In this document: piece after piece, positions 1 to 6,491 of the stretch
Layout: each line of letters opens with the position of its first letter
How positions within the stretch are numbered: the first letter of the stretch is position 1
Source: Jiangella sp. DSM 45060
GTDB taxonomy: Bacteria > Actinomycetota > Actinomycetes > Jiangellales > Jiangellaceae
Direction: 5' to 3'
NCBI RefSeq assembly: GCF_900105175.1
Contig: NZ_LT629771.1
Coordinates: forward strand, 5,700,622-5,724,621
DNA: 24,000 nucleotides
Notes under the pieces: generated by a model
Told to the model about the DNA's origin: nothing
What the model saw: only the letters and a program-made list of their open reading frames with translations
The model's database searches: none
Made by a program: the position numbers and the translations under genes

Positions 1-281
1 GGACTGCTGTGATCGGTCTCCCACCGATACTTGCCGGCTTCAAGAGTGATGGTCCGCCTGGTGCAGGATTCCGAACCGGCAGGAGCCGGATATCGCAGCC
101 AGAGGTACCTCACGTTGCGCGCGCTGCCCTGAGCCGCCACGTCCCCGGCCGGCTGGTAGGCCGCCTGGGCTGTGGCCCTCACCGCGGACGACTCCGTGTG
201 CTCCGCCGCTTGCGCCGTTCCGCCGATTCCCGCCATCGCCAGGGCCAGAACGGCCATCGCTGCGGACATTCTCATCTTCAT
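1..281 (-). CDS. secreted protein of unknown function, N-terminal part only (gene runs off the left edge)
   Basis: My own reverse-strand translation from the ATG at 281-279 stays open to position 3. It reads MKMRMSAAMAVLALAMAGIGGTAQA/AEHTESS..., a Sec-type signal peptide with an AQA-A cleavage motif. GGAGAA (rc of 285-290) lies 3 nt upstream of the ATG. It is absent from the ORF track because it has no in-window stop. Confidence 0.6.
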   Translation of the reverse strand, partial: MKMRMSAAMAVLALAMAGIGGTAQAAEHTESSAVRATAQAAYQPAGDVAAQGSARNVRYLWLRYPAPAGSESCTRRTITLEAGKYRWETDHSS

Positions 282-334
282 GGTTTCTCCGTGCTGAATG
301 GGCATGTCCTCGGCGAGATTAGGCGTCACCGTTT

Positions 335-799
335 TCAGGATCGCTTCAGTGCTGCTTCGCACGGAAAGGAACGTTCAGCCGTCTCCCATGAAGATCCGCT
401 GCAGGTCGCTCGGCTCCGCGATAGGCCCGCGTCGGCGAGCCACACTTCGGCGGGCAGCCGGCGCATGCGGCGGAACGGCCCTTCCGGCATCGAGATCCCG
501 GCGGGCAGGTGCTCATCCGCCGCCACGAGGTCGACGGTGAGCCGGTAGTGCGTGGTGGCGACGTCGCGGACGGTGCCCGGACCGGCCTCGGTGACGTCGT
601 CGTTGGCGCCGAACAGGGCGTCCAACGGCCAGAGCGGATCGTGATGGCCGCCGAGATACGTGCGGCCGCGGCGCCGCTGGCCGAGTGCCAGCGCATCGCC
701 GCCGGCGGGCCCAACGTCATGCAGTCGACCGCTGCGCGACACCCACCGGCTCCGAAATGACCTCCGCAGCCCGCGGCCGGGGCGGATAACGTATGCCAT
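335..799 (-). CDS. hypothetical protein, possibly decayed or frameshifted at the 3' end
   Basis: This is the internal part of track ORF 335..883(-), taken from the Met at 799. The middle segment (YLGGHHDPLWPLDALFGANDDVTEAGPGTVRDVATTHYRLTVDLVAADEHLPAGI...EVWLADAG) looks like a real protein. The N- and C-terminal parts are Arg/Ser-rich and unconvincing. An alternative frame after WLADAG reads PIAEPSDLQRIFMGDG-stop. Confidence 0.3.
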   Translation of the reverse strand: MAYVIRPGRGLRRSFRSRWVSRSGRLHDVGPAGGDALALGQRRRGRTYLGGHHDPLWPLDALFGANDDVTEAGPGTVRDVATTHYRLTVDLVAADEHLPAGISMPEGPFRRMRRLPAEVWLADAGLSRSRATCSGSSWETAERSFPCEAALKRS

Positions 800-822
800 T
801 CCGGTCGAAACGGAGGAGCGGG

Positions 823-1596
823 ATGAGCGTCGACGACGAGCGGGGAGCGGCTTGGGACGTCTCCGGGGGCGCGGCCCGGCCACCCGGACCGGTGCAGGAC
901 CTCAGCATGCCGAGAACGGTGCTGACGGTGCTCTTCGCGCTGACCGCCGTCGTCACCGCGGCCAGTGCGGGCGCGTACGCGAACCGCGCGTCGGTGGTGT
1001 CCGACGCCGCCGGCGCGTCGCCGGAGGCGGATCCGCTGGCGAGCACGGTCGCGGTCGACGCCGACCGGTTGACGCAGGCGGACGACCTCGTGGTGCTCGG
1101 CATGTGGGGCTACACCGTCGCAGCCCTGGCGCTGGCCATCTTCTTCATCATCTGGCAGTACCGGCACGCGCGGAACGCCAAGCTGCTCGGCTCGCGCAGC
1201 GCGCTCGGCCCGGGGTGGGCCATCGGCGGCTGGTTCATCCCGCTGGCCAACCTCGTGCTCCCGGTCCGGCAGCTCTGGACCGCCAGCCGCTCGTCGAACC
1301 CCGGCGGGCGCGGCGCGGGCATCGTCGTGGCGTGGTGGGTGGCGTTCGTGGCGGCCATCCTGATCGACCGCACCGCCGCTCAGCTCGGCGTCGACGGCCC
1401 GAGGGACGACCTCACCGTGGGCGACCTCGCGAACGCGGACTGGCTGGCGGCCGCGGGCGAGATCGTCTTCACGGCCGCCGCCGTCCTGGGGCTGATCATG
1501 GTGCGCCGGCTCACCGACGCCCAGGGCGCGGCGCTCGCGGGCCGGCCCGGAGGAGCCGTCCCGCCCGCACCGCCGCCGCCCCCGCCGGCCTCCTGA
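823..1596 (+). CDS. DUF4328-type integral membrane protein with a Pro-rich C-terminal tail
   Basis: Track ORF 793..1596, with the start moved to the ATG at 823, which follows GGAGGAG (812-818). Several hydrophobic spans are present. The central motif WAIGGWFIPLANLVLPVRQLW is typical of DUF4328 as I recall that family. The protein ends in PPAPPPPPPAS. Confidence 0.75.
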   Translation: MSVDDERGAAWDVSGGAARPPGPVQDLSMPRTVLTVLFALTAVVTAASAGAYANRASVVSDAAGASPEADPLASTVAVDADRLTQADDLVVLGMWGYTVAALALAIFFIIWQYRHARNAKLLGSRSALGPGWAIGGWFIPLANLVLPVRQLWTASRSSNPGGRGAGIVVAWWVAFVAAILIDRTAAQLGVDGPRDDLTVGDLANADWLAAAGEIVFTAAAVLGLIMVRRLTDAQGAALAGRPGGAVPPAPPPPPPAS

Positions 1597-4185
1597 TCAG
1601 GGCCGCCGCCACCTGCCGGTGAACCGGTGCGAGCCCGGCCCGGCGGTGCCGGCGTACGGGTCGGCGAGCGGCAGGTCGAGGTGCACCGTGACGCCGGGCG
1701 GGACCTCGAGGGACAGCTCGAACCGGTCATCGTCGAGGGTCCAGGACACGGCGACGGGGCCGTACGGGCTGAGGTGCCGGGCCGACGCGTGGGTGAGCTG
1801 CCCGGTGACGAGCGGGCGCACCGCGACCTCCCGGTAGCCGGGCGCCGCCGGCGCGAGCCCGGCCACGCAGCGGTGCAGCCAGTCGGCGACCGCGCCGTAC
1901 GCGTAGTGGTTGAACGACGTCATCTCGCCGGGGTTGATCGAGCCGTCCGGCAGCATGGAGTCCCACCGCTCCCAGATCGTCGTGGCCCCCATCGTGACGG
2001 CGTACAGCCAGGACGGCGCGGTGCGGGTGAGCACCATCGAGTGCGCGAGGTCGGGACGGCCGGCCCGGCAGAGCGCGTCCAGCACCAGCGGCGTGCCGAG
2101 GAAGCCGGTGCTGACGTGGAAGCCCGCGGCCTGGACGAGCTCGGCGAGACGACGCCCCGCGCCGGCGCGCTGCTCGGGCGTCTCGAGCAGGTCCCACGCG
2201 ATGGCCAGCGCGTAGACGGTCTGGCAGTCGCTGCGCACCACGCCGTCGACGCCGACGTAGGCCTTGCCGAAGGCGCGGACGACGTCGGCGGCGAGGCTCT
2301 CGTACCGCGAGGCGTCGTCGTCGCGCCCCAGGACGGACGCGGTGCGCGCCAGCAGGTGTGCGCTGCGGGCCAGGTATGCCGTCGCGACGACGGCGGGGTC
2401 GGCCTTGGCCGCGGCGGCGTCGTCGGGCGGGGCGTCGGGGTCGAGCCAGTCGCCGAACTGGAAGCCGGTGTCCCAGAGCAGGGAGTCGCCGGCCAGCGAC
2501 CGCGCCTTCTCGACCCACGCGCGCATCGAGTCGTACTGCCGCTCCAGCACGCCGGTGTCGCCGTAGCGCTCGTACAGCGTCCACGGCACGTGGACGGCGG
2601 CGTCGGCCCAGCCGGCGGGCGGCGAGTGCGGCGGGTCGCCGGGACGCGGGCCGCCGATGTGCTCGTACACGACGTCGGGGACGACGAACGGGACGCCGCC
2701 ATCGGGACGCTGCTCGGCGGCGAGGTCGCGCAGCCACGAGCCGAGGAACCCGCCGACGTCGAAGAGGAAGGCGGCCGTCGGGGCGAACACCTGGATGTCG
2801 CCGGTCCAGCCGAGCCGCTCGTCGCGCTGCGGGCAGTCGGTCGGGACGTCGACGAAGTTGCCGCGCATGCCCCACACGACGTTCTCGTGCAGCCGCTCGA
2901 GGTCGGGCTCGGAGCACTCGAACCAGCCGGTGCGGCGCAGGTCGGAGCTGACGACGACGGCCTCGGCGTCGGATGCCTCGACGGACACGCCGCTGACCTC
3001 GGCGTACCGGAAGCCGTGGAAGGTGTACCGCGGCTCCAGCAGCTCCGGGCCGCCGGACAGGACGTAGCTGTCGGTGGCCTTGGCCGCGCGCAGCGGGCGC
3101 ACGCCGAGCTCGCCGTCCTCGAGCACCTCGGCGTGCCGGAGGGTGACCTCCTGACCCGGCGCTCCGGTCACCCGCAGCCGCACCCAGCCGACGACGTTCT
3201 GCCCGAAGTCGATCAGCTGGGCGCCGGACGGCGACGTGGACACCGACCGGGCCGGCACCGTCGCCACCTCGCGCACCGGCGGCCCGAGCGGCGCGACGAG
3301 GCGTGCGGCGTCGGACTCCAGGACGTCGACCGGCCCGGACGCCGAGACGGACGGGACCAGCGGCAGCCGCAGGTCGGTGCGCTGCCCGTCGTAGAGGTCG
3401 TCGGCGAGGACGCCGGTGGCGCCGGCCCGCCACGCGCCGTCGGTCACCACCGTCTCCTGGCGGCCGTCGGCGTAGGTGATCTCGAGCTGGGCCAGCAGCG
3501 CCAGCCGGTCGCCGTAGTGGTCGCGGCGCAGGTTCCACGTCAGCTGCCCGCGGTACCACCCGTTGCCCAGGCCGACGGCGAGCTGGGTCGGCCCAGCGCC
3601 CTGCAGGTGCGACGTCACGTCGAAGGTCTGGTAGCGCAGCCGCGACGCGTACGCCGTCCAGCCGGGCGCGAGCTGGTGGTCGCCGACCCGGCGGCCGCCG
3701 ATCCACGCGTCGTACACACCGTGCGCGGTGATGTACAACCGCGCGGAGGCCACCGGCCCGGCGAGGTCGAGGTCGCGGACCAGCGCGACGGCGCCGTCGT
3801 CGAGGCCGCCGACGTCGCGCGGGCTGATGAACCGAGCCGTGACGTCCTCGGGCCGCAGCAGACCGGCCTCGACGACGAGCGGCTCGCTCCAGTCGCTCCA
3901 GGCACCGCCGGCCTCGGCCCGCACCTCGACCTCGACGCGCTCGCGCGAGCGCAGCTCCGGGAACGGCCACGGCTGGAAGACCTGCCCGGCGCCGTCGACC
4001 CGAACGGCCCGGACGTCGCCGGAGGCGGCCCGCAGCCGCACCTCGTACGCGGTCTGCTCGCCCCCGCCGGACCGGGACCAGGACAACCTGGGCGCCGCGA
4101 CGCCGATGCCCAGCTCGGGCTCGCCGTACTCGGCCACGACTCTGTCGATGCGCGGCAGGTCGTCCGGGACGGTGCGGTCGGTCAT
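1597..4185 (-). CDS. alpha-L-rhamnosidase, glycoside hydrolase family 78, cytoplasmic (no signal peptide)
   Basis: An 862-aa ORF with GH78 hallmark stretches: APRLSWS near the N-terminus, FHGFRYAEV, DCPQRDERLGWTGD and TIWERWD. GGAGGA lies upstream of the ATG (rc of about 4190-4197). The stop abuts the DUF4328 stop, reading TGATCA at 1594-1599. Confidence 0.93.
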   Translation of the reverse strand: MTDRTVPDDLPRIDRVVAEYGEPELGIGVAAPRLSWSRSGGGEQTAYEVRLRAASGDVRAVRVDGAGQVFQPWPFPELRSRERVEVEVRAEAGGAWSDWSEPLVVEAGLLRPEDVTARFISPRDVGGLDDGAVALVRDLDLAGPVASARLYITAHGVYDAWIGGRRVGDHQLAPGWTAYASRLRYQTFDVTSHLQGAGPTQLAVGLGNGWYRGQLTWNLRRDHYGDRLALLAQLEITYADGRQETVVTDGAWRAGATGVLADDLYDGQRTDLRLPLVPSVSASGPVDVLESDAARLVAPLGPPVREVATVPARSVSTSPSGAQLIDFGQNVVGWVRLRVTGAPGQEVTLRHAEVLEDGELGVRPLRAAKATDSYVLSGGPELLEPRYTFHGFRYAEVSGVSVEASDAEAVVVSSDLRRTGWFECSEPDLERLHENVVWGMRGNFVDVPTDCPQRDERLGWTGDIQVFAPTAAFLFDVGGFLGSWLRDLAAEQRPDGGVPFVVPDVVYEHIGGPRPGDPPHSPPAGWADAAVHVPWTLYERYGDTGVLERQYDSMRAWVEKARSLAGDSLLWDTGFQFGDWLDPDAPPDDAAAAKADPAVVATAYLARSAHLLARTASVLGRDDDASRYESLAADVVRAFGKAYVGVDGVVRSDCQTVYALAIAWDLLETPEQRAGAGRRLAELVQAAGFHVSTGFLGTPLVLDALCRAGRPDLAHSMVLTRTAPSWLYAVTMGATTIWERWDSMLPDGSINPGEMTSFNHYAYGAVADWLHRCVAGLAPAAPGYREVAVRPLVTGQLTHASARHLSPYGPVAVSWTLDDDRFELSLEVPPGVTVHLDLPLADPYAGTAGPGSHRFTGRWRRP

Positions 4186-4262
4186 GGCGATCCTCCGGGG
4201 TCGGTTGGAACGATTTAATCAGCCCGCCCGACGGCGCACGCAAGAGGTTCGGGGTCGGCCAT

Positions 4263-4335
4263 CGGTGACGCCGTCGCCAGCCCGCCCGGCTGGGAGGGAG
4301 TCCCACCCTACGGGCGGGCACCGACACACTCGCGC
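4263..4335. repeat. diverged copy of the ~70-bp hairpin repeat, inverted relative to the copies at 21569-21794
   Basis: Positions 4279-4332 (CAGCCCGCCCGGCTGGGAGGGAGTCCCACCCTACGGGCGGGCACCGACACACTCG) match the reverse complement of 21569-21625 with a handful of substitutions. Internal arms CCCGCCCG (4281-4288) and CGGGCGGG (4311-4318) can pair. The ORF-track shadows share RVCRCPPVGW, seen in 4219..4443(-) and 21620..21973(+). Confidence 0.65.
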
Positions 4336-4761
4336 GAGCAGCAGGGGCGGCGCGCGGGCCGCCTGACTCGAGTGTTGGCCGACGTTCTCCGTGACGACCT
4401 GTCGTCGCTCGAGTGCCGACGAGTGGTGGACGATGACGGCCACCCCGGGTGGCGGGGCCGGTCGTCGTCACCGACAGGTTGACGAGGGTGGCACATGTTG
4501 GCGCTGGTGTCACCACGCCCGCGACCATCACCGCACGCCCGGACGACCCGGCAGGCTCCAGGCATGCAGGGACATGACGGCACCGCGACGACCACACGAC
4601 ATCGCCGGTGACGGCCGGATCTTCATGATCAGTGACGCCGGCATCAGCATCGTCGATGTCGGCCAACGGACTCGGGCGGTGTCGACGAACCGATCACGCG
4701 CAACCCACCCGGGCGAGAGCGGAGCACGAACCCGCTGGTCACACCCCCACACAAACATTTC

Positions 4762-4790
4762 TGGCCAATATCCAGAATTCTGGATAGTAT
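4762..4790 (+). promoter_or_regulatory. putative promoter and operator of the yhfZ-like gene; predicts a leaderless mRNA
   Basis: TGGCCA (4762-4767), a 17-nt spacer, then TAGTAT (4785-4790). The ATG at 4798 lies only 7 nt after the -10 and has no Shine-Dalgarno. A perfect 12-bp palindrome CCAGAATTCTGG (4772-4783) sits between the hexamers, and an extra TTCTGG half-site lies at 4759-4764. GC drops locally. Confidence 0.4.
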
Positions 4791-4797
4791 CCCTGCC

Positions 4798-5712
4798 ATG
4801 TCGCGCATCCAGATGCTGATGTCGAAGGCGGGCACGGTGGCCCACCTCCTGGCCGTCGAGCTGTCCACGGCGTCGGCGGGCGACCGGATGGCGACCGTGC
4901 AGGAGTTGAGCGAGCGGTTCCAGGTCGGCAAGGGCACCGTCCAGGCGGCGCTGGCGCTGCTGGAGGAGGCGGGCGCGGTCGAGATCCGGCCGCGCGGCAA
5001 GCTCGGCACCTTCGTCGCGGCGATCGATCACGGGTTGATCTGGGAGTTCGCGGGCGGCCGATCGATCTCGGTCGCCATGCCGCTGCCGTACTCGCGCCGC
5101 TACGAGGGCCTCGCGACCGGGATGCACACGGCGTTCCAGCAGGCCGGCGTCCCGCTGACGTTGATGTTCGTGCGCGGGTCGACCGACCGCATGCGCGCCC
5201 TGCGGGAAGAACGCGCCGACTTCGCGGTGATGTCGCGGTTCGCCGCGCTGTCCGACCCCGAGCTCGACGTCGTCCGCGACTTCGGGCCGCACTCTTATGT
5301 CGGAGCGCACGGGCTGGTGGTCGCCGAGGGCCGCACGCCGGACGACCCGACGCTGCGGGTGGCCGTCGACCCCGCGTCGGTCGACCAGGCCGAGCTGACC
5401 GCCGCCGTGTTCCCCGGGTTGCCGCCGGCGCAGCGCATCGAAGTGTCGTACAACCAGCTGAACAGGTACTTCGCCGACGGCCTCGTCGACGCCACGGTGT
5501 GGAATCTCGACGAGATCGACGCGCACATCTCCAGCCCGGTCACGGTGCATCCGGTCGAGGGCCTGGAGGACGACGCGACGACGTCGGCCGTCATCGTGGC
5601 GCGCCGCGACGCCGACGCGGTGCCGACCGCGGTGAAGGTCGCTCTCGAGGGCGACCTCGTGCGGTCGGCGGCCGACGACGTCGTGGCCGGCCGGCTCATC
5701 CCCACGTACTGA
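4798..5712 (+). CDS. yhfZ: YhfZ-family transcriptional regulator (N-terminal GntR-like wHTH plus YhfZ C-terminal domain)
   Basis: A 304-aa ORF. The N-terminal wHTH-like segment is TVQELSERFQVGKGTVQAALALLEEAGAVEIRPRGKLGTFV. It is followed by PLPYSRRYEGLATG, which I recognise as YhfZ-like. Its size is close to E. coli YhfZ (about 301 aa as recalled), and it sits first in a yhf-like cluster. Confidence 0.8.
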   Translation: MSRIQMLMSKAGTVAHLLAVELSTASAGDRMATVQELSERFQVGKGTVQAALALLEEAGAVEIRPRGKLGTFVAAIDHGLIWEFAGGRSISVAMPLPYSRRYEGLATGMHTAFQQAGVPLTLMFVRGSTDRMRALREERADFAVMSRFAALSDPELDVVRDFGPHSYVGAHGLVVAEGRTPDDPTLRVAVDPASVDQAELTAAVFPGLPPAQRIEVSYNQLNRYFADGLVDATVWNLDEIDAHISSPVTVHPVEGLEDDATTSAVIVARRDADAVPTAVKVALEGDLVRSAADDVVAGRLIPTY

Positions 5713-5745
5713 CCCCACCCCCGAACCCCACGGACGGAGCGATGC

Positions 5746-6126
5746 ATGGACGACCGACTCCGCCTGCGCCTCGACCTCTTCCGCGACATGGCGCAGACCC
5801 CACCGGGCGTCGTCGACTTCGTGGCGAGCGAGCTCGCCCGGCTCGAACCGGACTTCGACGTCACCGACGACACCGCCGGCTCGCTCACCTCGCACCTGGT
5901 CGCCGCGCTCGGCCGGCTGCTGCGCGGTGAGCCCGACATCGACCCGCCGGCCGACGTCGTCTACCGGCAGGTCGTCGACGAGGCGCCCGCCGCCGTCGAC
6001 GCCGCGGCGCGGGTGTCCGGCCGCGCGGAAGCCGCGCTCGGCGTGCCGCTGTCCGCCGTCGAGCAGCAGTACCTCAGCCTCCATCTCGGCGCCCTCGCGC
6101 TGACCGCGACCAAGGAGAACCGATGA
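5746..6126 (+). CDS. yhfY: stand-alone PRD-domain protein (YhfY-like)
   Basis: A 126-aa ORF. GGACGGAG lies 6 nt upstream of the ATG. Two His residues sit in PRD-like contexts, TSH(50)LVAAL and LSLH(113)LGAL, 63 residues apart. The ATGA overlap with the next gene is at 6123-6126. Confidence 0.75.
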   Translation: MDDRLRLRLDLFRDMAQTPPGVVDFVASELARLEPDFDVTDDTAGSLTSHLVAALGRLLRGEPDIDPPADVVYRQVVDEAPAAVDAAARVSGRAEAALGVPLSAVEQQYLSLHLGALALTATKENR

Positions 6127-6491
6127 AACTCATCGCTGGCGGAGTTGCGAAGATCGAGGTCGCGGAGGCCCTGCGACCACTGCTCGGCCCCGACGACACC
6201 GTCGTCGTGGGCACCGACATGGACGCGGCCGTCCAGCTGCGCTCCGGCGCGGCCGACTACTACCTCGGGACGTGCCACACCGGCGCCGGCGCGAGCCTCG
6301 GCGTGCTGGTGGGCCTGCTCGGCTCGGACAAGACGCACACGTTCGGCCGGACCGTCCCGTCCGCCGCGGCGATCGAGGCCGCGGTCGACGCCGGCAACGT
6401 CGCCTTCGGCTTCGCGCTGGACCAGGTCGAGGACGTCGTGCCGGCGCTCTGGGCGGCGCTGGACGCGAGACGAACGGGGGCGGACGCATGA
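6123..6491 (+). CDS. yhfU: DUF2620 protein (YhfU-like)
   Basis: A 122-aa ORF with a strong AAGGAGAA RBS at 6110-6117. Size and position match E. coli YhfU (about 117 aa as recalled). It contains the motif YYLGTCHTGAGASLG. Confidence 0.78.
   Translation: MKLIAGGVAKIEVAEALRPLLGPDDTVVVGTDMDAAVQLRSGAADYYLGTCHTGAGASLGVLVGLLGSDKTHTFGRTVPSAAAIEAAVDAGNVAFGFALDQVEDVVPALWAALDARRTGADA

Noticed and set aside
1555-1596. The CCG/CCC-rich run (ccgcccgcaccgccgccgcccccgccggcc) as a tandem DNA repeat.
   Set aside because: It is simply the codons of the C-terminal poly-proline tail (PPAPPPPPPAS) of the DUF4328 protein. It has no defined repeat unit and no copies elsewhere.
4203-4220. A LacI-type operator upstream of the rhamnosidase gene (TTGGAACGATTTAATCA).
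   Set aside because: Only the left half (TGGAACG) resembles the LacI-family consensus. The right half is not its complement, so the dyad symmetry expected of a LacI operator is missing.
1627-4666. Very long ORFs overlapping the rhamnosidase gene: 1627..4218(+), 863 aa, and 1727..4666(-), 979 aa.
   Set aside because: Their translations are dominated by Arg/Gly/Ala/Pro/Val runs with no motifs. These are the typical stop-poor alternative frames of >70% GC DNA. The 1597..4185(-) frame carries the GH78 motifs and a proper RBS.
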